Below, in pieces: positions 1 through 8,133 of a stretch of 24,171 nt of DNA (positions are counted from its first letter, which is position 1; every line of letters begins with the position of its first letter). The DNA is taken from assembly GCA_030627225.1 (NCBI GenBank), contig DAOUSM010000001.1:1-24171 (forward strand), written 5' to 3'. Source of the stretch: Candidatus Bathyarchaeota archaeon (lineage in GTDB: Archaea; Thermoproteota; Bathyarchaeia; Bathyarchaeales; Bathycorpusculaceae). A model generated the notes under the pieces. It worked only from the letters and a program-made list of their open reading frames with translations, searched no databases and was not told the DNA's origin. The translations under genes and the position numbers were made by a program.

Positions 1-648
1 ATCTTAGCTCTCCAATCAGACATTTTAGGGGCACATTTACTGGGGATAAGAAACCTTTTCATCATAAGCGGCGACAAACCTGCCAAAGCACCTAAAAAGC
101 TAAAAGAAGTTTGGGAAGTTACCTCCATAAAGCTTGGTGAAATAGTGAAACATTTGAATGAAGGCTTCGCTTATAACGGTGAAGATAACCTTATCAAAAT
201 TGATGGTCGAACTAACTTTCTTTTCGGCGGGGCAGTCATATTTGAAAGAAAAATGGAAGTTGAAAGAATTTCTAAGAAAATTGAAGCTGGATTTGATTTT
301 TTCCAGTCGCAAATAACATTCAACGCTGAGAAAGTGCTAAAATTCTTTCAAGAGGCTGAAAAGTTAGGAGTAACCATAAATAAGCCAGTTCTGGTTGGCT
401 TATCACCCCTACCCTCTGAAAAGGCATTAAAAAGAGTTCTTAAATTTCTGCACGTAGAAATGCCTGAACGCTTATTGAGAAGGCTGACACGTGGCGATGA
501 TTTCGCAAACGAACTGATAATGATATGTTTGGAAATTGCAGATGAGTTAAAATCGACATTGTCTCCTAAATACAAAATTGGTTTTCACATGATGCCCTTA
601 GGTTATGATGACTTAGGAAGAAAAATCGTAGAGGAATTAAGAAGGTAA
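1..648 (+). CDS. metF: Methylenetetrahydrofolate reductase (MetF/MTHFR family), 5'-truncated by the window edge
   Basis: Frame 1 is open from base 1: ILALQSDILGAHLLGIRNLFIISGDKP...KKIEAGFDFFQSQITFN. This matches the MTHFR 'LQSxLLGAxxLGIxNxLxxxGD' and 'KxxAGAxFxxTQ' segments. The 145 start in the ORF track is internal. Confidence 0.85.
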   Translation: MLALQSDILGAHLLGIRNLFIISGDKPAKAPKKLKEVWEVTSIKLGEIVKHLNEGFAYNGEDNLIKIDGRTNFLFGGAVIFERKMEVERISKKIEAGFDFFQSQITFNAEKVLKFFQEAEKLGVTINKPVLVGLSPLPSEKALKRVLKFLHVEMPERLLRRLTRGDDFANELIMICLEIADELKSTLSPKYKIGFHMMPLGYDDLGRKIVEELRR

Positions 649-652
649 AGGA

Positions 653-1639
653 ATGATTGGTTGCTACCTTACAGGGATGCTACCAAGACCAAAAGAGCTA
701 ATAGAAATCACCAGAGCCTATGAGAGGAGAAAGGTCGACAAAAACGAGCTGGAAAAATCCTTCCGAAAAGCCACAGAAAAAGTAATAGAGGCTCAAATGG
801 TCGCTGGATTCAGTTATGTTACGGATGGAATGTTAAAATGGCAAGATCTGCTTAGACCGTTCACCGAAGGCTTAAGCGGAATAGAATTAGGAAGCCTCGC
901 CAGATGGTTTAACAACAACACCTTTTATAGAAAGCCGATCATAGTAAACGCCATTGAACGGAGAAAAAACATAGTCAAAGACATAACATACCTTGAACAA
1001 ATGCCAAAAAGTTTCCCGTGGAAAGCCATCTTACCGGCACCATACACTTTTGTCTCTATTTCAGAGAATCGATGCTACAAAAATGAGACTGAATTCATGT
1101 TTGATTATGCTCAAATAATCAACGAGGAGATTAAAAGCTTGGCTGAAGCTGGTTTTAGCTATGTTCAACTGAGCGACCCGGCCCTAGTTTATGAACCGTT
1201 AGCGTCTAGTGTTAAAAGGGATAAGTTGGCACTTGCGAATGATGCATTAACGATTGCTGTTAAAGGAACACCCGTCAAAACATGTCTCCAAGCATTTTTT
1301 GGGGATTTTTCAAGAATTTTACCTGAAGCGCTAGACTTTCCAGTAGACCATTTGGGAATCGACCTGTACGAAACAAATTTTGAAAAGCTGAAAGAGTATA
1401 GTTTTGAAAAGGGTGTTGCATTGGGCTTGGTAGACTCTAGAAGCTCACTGGTTGAAAATCAAGACGAACTGGTTACGGTTGCTAAAGAACTCATCGATTC
1501 TATATACCGCTCTAAGATGAGCGAGGTTTTCATTTGTCCGAACTGTGATTTGGAATTTCTGCCATGGGAAAGAGCGGAAGAGAAAATGAAAGTTATCGGC
1601 GGCGTATCTAAACGCCTCAGAGAGGAGTTTTATGAATAA
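653..1639 (+). CDS. Non-catalytic N-terminal-half homolog of cobalamin-independent methionine synthase (split MetE, putative folate-binding subunit)
   Basis: MetE barrel features (TGMLPRP, EAQ..AG...VTDG, RWFNNNTFYRKP, VQLSDPAL, PNCDLEFLP). The Zn-binding HxC is replaced by QAF. Starts 4 nt after the metF stop. Confidence 0.8.
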   Translation: MIGCYLTGMLPRPKELIEITRAYERRKVDKNELEKSFRKATEKVIEAQMVAGFSYVTDGMLKWQDLLRPFTEGLSGIELGSLARWFNNNTFYRKPIIVNAIERRKNIVKDITYLEQMPKSFPWKAILPAPYTFVSISENRCYKNETEFMFDYAQIINEEIKSLAEAGFSYVQLSDPALVYEPLASSVKRDKLALANDALTIAVKGTPVKTCLQAFFGDFSRILPEALDFPVDHLGIDLYETNFEKLKEYSFEKGVALGLVDSRSSLVENQDELVTVAKELIDSIYRSKMSEVFICPNCDLEFLPWERAEEKMKVIGGVSKRLREEFYE

Positions 1640-2783
1640 ACTGTTTCCAACGCAGGAGATAGGAAGCCTAGCTAAGCCGAAATGGAGAGTTAAGGGCTAC
1701 AGAGGGGAATCACTGTCAAAAGCGGAAATAGTTGAAGCTGTAAAATGGGGGAGAAAACTAAGAATTGAAAATCTAGACGGACTGGTTAAACTGTTGGGCG
1801 AAAGAGATTCTCCAAGCAGGAGAAAAGCTATACTTGAATGGTCCGCCAAATATGCCATTCGACTCTTCGAGAAAGCGGGCTTAGACATTATTTTTGATGG
1901 GGAACAATGGAGGTCAGAAATGTATGAGCACGTCGTAAGAAAGACTGCTGGTTTCAAGTTTTTAGGATATGTGAAATCCTTTGACTATCGATACTTCAAC
2001 AAAGCAGCCTGCATAGACAAACCAAAATATGTGAAACCCTTCTATCTTGACGAGTTCTTATTCACAAGGGAAAACACTGAAAAGGAGGTAAAGGTGCCTT
2101 TTACAGGACCTTACACGCTTGTTGATTGGACGTTTAACGAGTATTATGAAAAAAGGCTCAGCGGAGAATTTAGGGATTTTAGGATGAGGAAATTCGAGGC
2201 TAAGAGGGAGTTTCTTTTCGATTTGATAAAAGGTGTGATAAGACCCGAAATAAGCAAATTGGTGGATTCTGGAGCGAAGTGGATTCAGATAGATGAGCCT
2301 GCAGCAACAACCAACCCAACAGACGAGGAAATGGAGTTGTTTGTGGAATCCTTCAACGAAACAGTTAAGGGTTTCCACTGCACCTTCAGTCTGCACAACT
2401 GCTACAGCAACTACGAAGTTTTGGCTAAATACGCTTGCGAACTGCGAAATTGCAGCCAGTTGGCTCTTGAATTCGCAAATAGGGACAGCAGACAAACCGG
2501 AATAGGAAACGCAAGAACAGGCTACAAAGAAATAAAATTGTTCGAAGACTACGGTTTCCACGGAAATTATGGCCTAGGGGTAATAGACGTACATACCGAT
2601 TTTGTTGAGCCGCCAGAGCTTGTTAGAGACAGAATTTTGCATGCTGCGAAGATGATTGATGACCCAAGCAGAATACATGTAAGCACAGACTGCGGTCTAA
2701 GAACGAGAACATGGGAAATCAGCTTCCAAAAGCTTACGAACATGGTTTTAGGGGCTGAACTTACTAGAAAAGCTCTAGAATAA
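1632..2783 (+). CDS. metE: Catalytic (Zn/homocysteine-binding) domain of cobalamin-independent methionine synthase
   Basis: TQEIGSLAKP, DGEQWRSEMYE, WIQIDEPAA; Zn ligands LHNC, ALEFAN and TDCGLRTR. Overlaps the upstream gene by 8 nt (ATGAATAA). Confidence 0.9.
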   Translation: MNKLFPTQEIGSLAKPKWRVKGYRGESLSKAEIVEAVKWGRKLRIENLDGLVKLLGERDSPSRRKAILEWSAKYAIRLFEKAGLDIIFDGEQWRSEMYEHVVRKTAGFKFLGYVKSFDYRYFNKAACIDKPKYVKPFYLDEFLFTRENTEKEVKVPFTGPYTLVDWTFNEYYEKRLSGEFRDFRMRKFEAKREFLFDLIKGVIRPEISKLVDSGAKWIQIDEPAATTNPTDEEMELFVESFNETVKGFHCTFSLHNCYSNYEVLAKYACELRNCSQLALEFANRDSRQTGIGNARTGYKEIKLFEDYGFHGNYGLGVIDVHTDFVEPPELVRDRILHAAKMIDDPSRIHVSTDCGLRTRTWEISFQKLTNMVLGAELTRKALE

Positions 2784-2972
2784 AATACCATTATAAAAAA
2801 ATTATTAGAGCTTTTACCAAAGTAATGGTGGTTTTAGGTAAAGTTTCTGTGCGGCATGAAAAATACTTAGAAAAATTTTTTAAAATTGAAAATTTTCTCC
2901 TAAAAAAGCTTATAGAGATTGAAAGCTTGAATAAAGCTTGCAGAAGTCAAAATTAGGCGATGAGGCTTAGAA

Positions 2973-4802
2973 ATGTGTGGAATCTTCGGTTGCATTTTGA
3001 AGAGTGGAAACGTTGCGCCTGTAATACATGCTGCTTTAAAAAGGCTTGAATATCGCGGCTACGACTCTGTTGGAGAAGCAACCATATACAACGGTAGGCT
3101 CTACATAAAAAAGGACCAAGGAAAAATCGACGAAGTTCACAAAATCCATAACTTGGATGATTTACTTGGAAACCTCGGCATTGGACATACAAGATGGGCT
3201 ACGCATGGTGCCCCATTAGAGGTTAATGCGCACCCACATATTGATTGCAGCGGGCAAATAGCTGTTGTCCATAATGGTATTATAGAGAACTTTGCTGAGT
3301 TGAAGCTGGAGCTGGAGAACCGCGGTCACGTTTTCAGGTCCAAGACTGACACGGAAGTGATAGCCCATCTTATTGAGGAAAACTTGAAGACCAACCCTTC
3401 TCTTAGCCTCGCTGAGGCTGTGCTTGAAACTGTGAGGAGGCTTGACGGTTCATATGCGATTGCTGTGATTTCAACGAAGGAACCTGACAAGATAATATGT
3501 GCCAGATATGAAAGTCCGCTAGTTATTGGGGTGAATGAAAATGCGATTTACTGTGCTTCCGACATCCCTGCGTTTCTGCCTCTGACTAACAGAGCGGTTG
3601 TAATTGAAGACGGCGAGCTTGTTATTCTCTCACGGGAAGGCTTTGAGATTAGTAAGATTGCCGATTCAAACGTTGTGTTGCGGGAGCCCAAGCTTATTGA
3701 TTGGACATCTGAGATGGCTGTTAAGCAGGGCTATCCGCATTTTATGCTGAAGGAAATCCATGAGCAGCCAGCTTGTCTTCGAAACACGCTTAGATTGCAG
3801 GAGCATTATCTTGATTTGATGGCGACTTTTCTTGATCGTGCTCGTGAAGTCTTTCTTGTGGCTTGTGGGACTTCCTACCATGCTTGTTTGGCTGCGTCAT
3901 ATATGTTCTCCAAACTTGCTTTCTTAGCAACTTATCCAGTTATAGCTTCAGAGTTCGTTGAACAACACGGCAAATCTGTCAACATCGACAGCACAATCTT
4001 GACGGTAAGTCAATCCGGTGAAACAGCGGACACTCTAGCCGCTGTGAACTGCGCCCGTCAAAGAGCAGCGACTGTTCTTGGATTAACTAATGTCATTGGT
4101 TCGACATTAACTAGGGTTTCACGGGTTTACATTTGCCAGCAGTCCGGTCCGGAAATAGGGGTGGCGGCAACGAAAACGTTCACTTCCCAACTTTCGGTGC
4201 TGGCACAATTAGCCTTGAGGCTTGCGAAGAAAAGAGGCAAAGTTTCACAGGATGAAATGGACTTTTTAGCGGAAAAATTGGAGAAGCTTCCAGACACTGT
4301 TGAAACTATAATTCGGACACAAGAAGAAAATGTGAAGCAAATCGCGAAAAAATACAAGGATGTGAAAACATTCTTTTTCCTCGGTCGTGGAATAAGCACA
4401 GCCACAGCCTACGAGGGCAGACTGAAACTTATGGAGATAGCCTATGTGCCAGCCATAGCCTATCCAGCCGGGGAAAGCAAGCATGGACCCATAAGCCTCA
4501 TAGAGTCCGGCTTCCCTGTGGTCTTCATCTGTCCAAAGGATGAAACCCGAAAGACATTGATGGGCAACATTATGGAGATGAAAGCCAGAAATGCTTCTAT
4601 AATAGCTGTTATTGAGGAAGACGATGAAGAAGTGAAGAAACTTGCCGACGACTACATTGAAGTGCCTAAAGGCATCCCAGAAGTCTTGTCACCCATACCC
4701 TTCGTTGTTCCATTACAGGTTCTGGCATACTACATGGCTGTCGAAAGAGGACACAACCCAGACACTCCAAGAAACCTAGCGAAATCTGTTACTGTAAAAT
4801 AA
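2973..4802 (+). CDS. glmS: Glutamine-fructose-6-phosphate aminotransferase (isomerizing)
   Basis: N-terminal MCGIFG nucleophile, EYRGYDS, GHTRWATHG, HNGIIEN, SQSGETADT, GESKHGP and C-terminal PRNLAKSVTVK. Confidence 0.97.
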   Translation: MCGIFGCILKSGNVAPVIHAALKRLEYRGYDSVGEATIYNGRLYIKKDQGKIDEVHKIHNLDDLLGNLGIGHTRWATHGAPLEVNAHPHIDCSGQIAVVHNGIIENFAELKLELENRGHVFRSKTDTEVIAHLIEENLKTNPSLSLAEAVLETVRRLDGSYAIAVISTKEPDKIICARYESPLVIGVNENAIYCASDIPAFLPLTNRAVVIEDGELVILSREGFEISKIADSNVVLREPKLIDWTSEMAVKQGYPHFMLKEIHEQPACLRNTLRLQEHYLDLMATFLDRAREVFLVACGTSYHACLAASYMFSKLAFLATYPVIASEFVEQHGKSVNIDSTILTVSQSGETADTLAAVNCARQRAATVLGLTNVIGSTLTRVSRVYICQQSGPEIGVAATKTFTSQLSVLAQLALRLAKKRGKVSQDEMDFLAEKLEKLPDTVETIIRTQEENVKQIAKKYKDVKTFFFLGRGISTATAYEGRLKLMEIAYVPAIAYPAGESKHGPISLIESGFPVVFICPKDETRKTLMGNIMEMKARNASIIAVIEEDDEEVKKLADDYIEVPKGIPEVLSPIPFVVPLQVLAYYMAVERGHNPDTPRNLAKSVTVK

Positions 4803-4848
4803 TTCTCTCTCCTTATTCTACATCTTTCTTTCAAATGCGAATACGTTT

Positions 4849-4858
4849 AAAGCTTATT
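4849..4858 (+). promoter_or_regulatory. Putative BRE/TATA-like promoter element for pcm (AAAGCTTATT)
   Basis: About 20-30 nt upstream of the likely start. Similar AAAGCTT(T)AT strings precede glmS (2905) and the aminopeptidase (21977). Confidence 0.35.
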
Positions 4859-4885
4859 CCGACAATTATACATTCGGTGCTTAAT

Positions 4886-5594
4886 TTGGAAAAAAAGGAT
4901 TGGGAAAAACTCATTGAGAATCTGGTGAAAGAGGGCATTCTTCGCTCGCCGAAAGTTATTGGGGCTATGCGTTCAGTGCCTCGTGCAAATTTCCTTCCAG
5001 AAAACATGCTGTCTTACAGTGCTGTAGATACGCCGCTTCCAATAGGTTTTGGGCAGACTGTTTCAGCGCCACATAGCCTTGCTTAGATGCTAGGCTAGGC
5101 GAAACATGGTTTCAATAATGAATGAAGCCCTCCAATTGGAAGTCGGCCACAAAGTGCTTGAAGTCGGAGCTGGTTCGGGATGGCATGCCGCAACCATAGC
5201 TGAGATAGTTTCACCTAGCGACGTGCCCAGAAGTGAATGGGGCCACGTTTACACGGTGGAAATAATCCAAGGCTTGGCTGAATTTGCTAGAAGAAACATC
5301 ATGAAAGCTGGATACGGCGATCGTGTAACCATAATCTGCACAGACGGTTCCATGGGTTATTCTGAAAAGGCTCCCTATGACAGAATTCTCGTAACTGCTG
5401 CTGCACCGGACGTTCCAAAACCCTTAATCGAACAGCTAAAGCCTAACGGAATTATGCTAATCCCTGTTGGAAGCATGCACCTATTCCAAAGTCTCATGAA
5501 AATCAAGAAGGGAGCTAACGGAAAAATAAAGGAGGAAAACCTAGGCGGAGTTGCCTTCGTCCCATTAACCGGGCATTACGGTCACAGAATCTAA
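4886..5594 (+). CDS. pcm: Protein-L-isoaspartate O-methyltransferase; intron-containing gene (exon 1 about 4886-5072, exon 2 5104-5594; 225 aa after splicing)
   Basis: The first ORF carries the Pcm N-terminus ([28 protein letters not shown]). The second carries [15 protein letters not shown] (SAM motif I), [13 protein letters not shown] and [13 protein letters not shown]. Removing 5073-5103 gives CCA C|AC ATG GTT = P-H-M-V in frame. The TTG start at 4886 is my estimate; GTG at 4877 is an alternative. Confidence 0.9.
5073..5103 (+). other. 31-nt bulge-helix-bulge (archaeal tRNA-endonuclease type) mRNA intron
   Basis: Central 4-bp helix CGCC(5067-5070)/GGCG(5098-5101), 3-nt bulges ACA(5071-5073) and AAA(5102-5104), and intron stem UAGCCU(5074-5079)/AGGCUA(5092-5097). 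Cleavage after the 2nd nt of each bulge removes exactly 31 nt and restores the reading frame. Confidence 0.85.
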
Positions 5595-5609
5595 ATTTTA
5601 ATCTCTGGT

Positions 5610-6923
5610 TTATCGGCATTCCAGCTTTTCCTTATACGCCATCAAATCCAAGAAGCCGTGTCCGCTAATGTTCATACATATTACTTTTTCTTCACCAGCT
5701 CTCTCAGCTTCTAGGGCTTTGTCGATTCCAGCACGAATGGCGTAGCTGGATTCGGGTGCAGGCAACCATCCTTCATTTTGAAGGAAGATTTTTGCAGCTT
5801 CGAAGATTGATTTTTCGTCGATGGGATAAGCTATAGCCTTCACCAAGTTATGGTGCCTCAACAAGCTTATGATAGGTGCGGCTGCATGATACCGTAAGCC
5901 GTCAGCTTTAATCGGCGGCATCTCAATCTTATGACCCAAAGTATAAATCTTTAGAAGCGGCGTGTGTTCAGCCACGTCGCAAAAGTCATATCTGTATTCT
6001 CCTTTGATAAGATTTGGTGCGGCAAGCGATTGAGCCGCTAGGAATTCGCATTCTCGTTTACCCCTCAAAACTTCGCCGATGAAAGGCAGGGCTATTCCGC
6101 CAAAGTTGGAGCCGCCACCTAGACAGCCGATGATTAAGTCTGGTTTCTCATCGATTAAGTCAAATTGTTTAATAGTTTCTAACCCTATTATTGTCTGATG
6201 CATGAGGACATGGTTCAAAACTGAGCCTAAGCAGTATACGCAACCCTTATGTGTTTTGGCGTATTCTAGTCCTTCTGAAATTGCAATACCTAGCGAACCG
6301 GAGTGATTGGGATTTTTGGAAAGGACTTCTCTGCCAATGTTGGTTTCTTTGCTAGGTGAAGAGTAAACCTTTGCTCCTAAGAGTTTCATCAGGATTCTTC
6401 TGTCAACTTTCCAGTCGTAGACGGATTTGACCCAAAAAATTACGCATTCAAGGTCTAAGAGTTTTGCAGCGTAGGCAAGCGCTGTTCCCCACTGTCCCGC
6501 ACCTGTTTCTGTGCTTAGGGTTGTTTTCCCCTCTTTCAGCGCATAGTAAGCTTGGACGACTGCGGTGTTGGTTTTATGGGAGCCTGTTGGAGACAAATCT
6601 TCGCGCTTATAGTAAAGCCTAACCCTTTTCAACCCCAAACGTTTTTCTAAGCGTTTTGCACGATAAAGCGGCCTCGGTCTACCCATGTGAATATAAAGTT
6701 CGCGAATTTCCTCGGGAATGAGAACCCAACGTTCATTCGCCATTTCTTGTTTTAAACATTCATTGATCATGGTTCTGGCTAGAAATTCCGCTCGCGGCGG
6801 TCCGGTTTCGGGTTCCTTTGGAGGAGGAAGTGGTTCAGGAAGGTCTGGCAAAATATTATACCATTTAGCGGGTAACTCCTCCACTGGCAACGTGATTTGA
6901 CTCTTCTCCATAATTGTCACCAT
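5610..6923 (-). CDS. trpB2: Tryptophan synthase beta chain, type 2 (TrpB2)
   Basis: WYNILPDLPEPLPPP N-terminus, PLP lysine in PTGSHKTNTA, TETGAGQWG, GSVLNHV, GGGSNFGG, GLRYH, PAPESSYA and NISGHGFLD. The start may be at 6911. Confidence 0.92.
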   Translation of the reverse strand: MVTIMEKSQITLPVEELPAKWYNILPDLPEPLPPPKEPETGPPRAEFLARTMINECLKQEMANERWVLIPEEIRELYIHMGRPRPLYRAKRLEKRLGLKRVRLYYKREDLSPTGSHKTNTAVVQAYYALKEGKTTLSTETGAGQWGTALAYAAKLLDLECVIFWVKSVYDWKVDRRILMKLLGAKVYSSPSKETNIGREVLSKNPNHSGSLGIAISEGLEYAKTHKGCVYCLGSVLNHVLMHQTIIGLETIKQFDLIDEKPDLIIGCLGGGSNFGGIALPFIGEVLRGKRECEFLAAQSLAAPNLIKGEYRYDFCDVAEHTPLLKIYTLGHKIEMPPIKADGLRYHAAAPIISLLRHHNLVKAIAYPIDEKSIFEAAKIFLQNEGWLPAPESSYAIRAGIDKALEAERAGEEKVICMNISGHGFLDLMAYKEKLECR

Positions 6924-6997
6924 TTTGAAGACGTATACTATAACTGAGTTTTGAATTAAAGATTTCTATTGAAAAACTAGTTATTGTGCCTTGTGAG

Positions 6998-8032
6998 CTA
7001 TCCGAACCATTTCTCTAGCGTTGTTCTCCCCTTTAACTTCTCAGCGCCTTTCCGCATCTTTTCTAAAGCTTTTCTGACACGGTCTTCTGAGAAGTCTCTT
7101 TCTCTACAGATAAAGTCTATCACACCTTCCACGTCGGGTTCTCTCCATTCTATTTCGTATCTATCTGTTACCTTTGGATGTAGAAAGATTTCCCTTATTT
7201 TTTGCGGTTCAACTGGGAACTCTGCGTTTTTTATGTGTGGTAAGGCGTTTTCTAGGCTTCCATGCTCTTTTATCAGTTTTAAGGCTGTTTTCGGTCCCAA
7301 GCCTTTTATGCCATTAGGGTTGAAGTCTGTGCCTATGAGTATGCCTATGTCGATTAATTGCTCATAGGTTATTCCGCATTCCTTTAGAACATGTTCTAGC
7401 TCAACTACTTCTGGCACAACTTCAATATAGATATTTTTTCTTGGGAGTTTTCTCCGTCCTGAAATTGTCACGTTTCTCACGAGTCTTGGAGCGCCGAAGA
7501 GGATGCTGTCATAGTCTTGGCTTGCACAGTAATCTGCATCTCCGCGCTTTACCAGATGTGCTGCTTGGGCTTCCCCCTCGCTTGGTGCCTGAACCCATGG
7601 AATCCCCATCAAATCCAAAAGCCGTTTGCTGTCTTCGGCCATGTAGTCCTTTAGGCGGGATGTTGCTTGCGCGTACATGCGGGCTTCTTCTATTTTTCCC
7701 GCCTTCAAGGCTTGCTCATACCTTACTAGGGCTTCCTCTTTGGCTTTCATGCGCCTCTTGATTTCAACTTCTTTTAATGCTGGTGGAACTCCGTCAAAAA
7801 CGTATATTGGCTTTATGCCCATTTCTACAAGGTTGCTTGTTCTGTAAAGGAGTCCGCTTAAATGGCTTGTTATTCTTCCGCTGCTATCTTTTAATGGTGT
7901 GCCGTCTGGCTGACGGATTATGGCTAAGAACTGGTATAGGGCGTTGTAAGCGTCTATAGCAATGGATTTTCCACTTAAATCCTCAAGCCTAACAGTTGTT
8001 TTCGGAACAAGGTCACGCAGGTTTACGCCCAA
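6998..8032 (-). CDS. fen: Flap endonuclease 1
   Basis: MGV start, IDAYNALYQFL, ITSHLSG, VFDG.PP.LK, APSEGEAQAA, SQDYDSILFG, GTDFNP.GIKGLGPK and a C-terminal PIP-box-like TTLEKWF. Confidence 0.97.
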   Translation of the reverse strand: MGVNLRDLVPKTTVRLEDLSGKSIAIDAYNALYQFLAIIRQPDGTPLKDSSGRITSHLSGLLYRTSNLVEMGIKPIYVFDGVPPALKEVEIKRRMKAKEEALVRYEQALKAGKIEEARMYAQATSRLKDYMAEDSKRLLDLMGIPWVQAPSEGEAQAAHLVKRGDADYCASQDYDSILFGAPRLVRNVTISGRRKLPRKNIYIEVVPEVVELEHVLKECGITYEQLIDIGILIGTDFNPNGIKGLGPKTALKLIKEHGSLENALPHIKNAEFPVEPQKIREIFLHPKVTDRYEIEWREPDVEGVIDFICRERDFSEDRVRKALEKMRKGAEKLKGRTTLEKWFG

Positions 8033-8133
8033 AACAACCCCGTTAATATAACAACAAAAGTAAAATAATAAACTTGCGAAAGTAGAGCTTAGCGTAATTT
8101 CTGTTGAAGATTGCGAAAGCTGTCTTTAAAATG

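Noticed and set aside
1600-1660. A possible second intron joining the two MetE halves
   Set aside because: The ORFs overlap (ATGAATAA) with no intervening sequence or BHB fold, which is typical translational coupling.
5071-5107. ACAT direct repeat flanking the pcm insertion, as a possible target-site duplication of a mini mobile element
   Set aside because: Removing the 33 nt between the repeats gives CCA CAT GGT, which is out of frame and loses the Met. Only the 31-nt BHB excision restores SAPHMV. There are no terminal inverted repeats.
4835-5594. pcm as two independent genes or a simple pseudogene
   Set aside because: The break falls inside one conserved motif, both halves are otherwise intact, and the insertion has exact BHB geometry. 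This is not formally excluded without RNA data.
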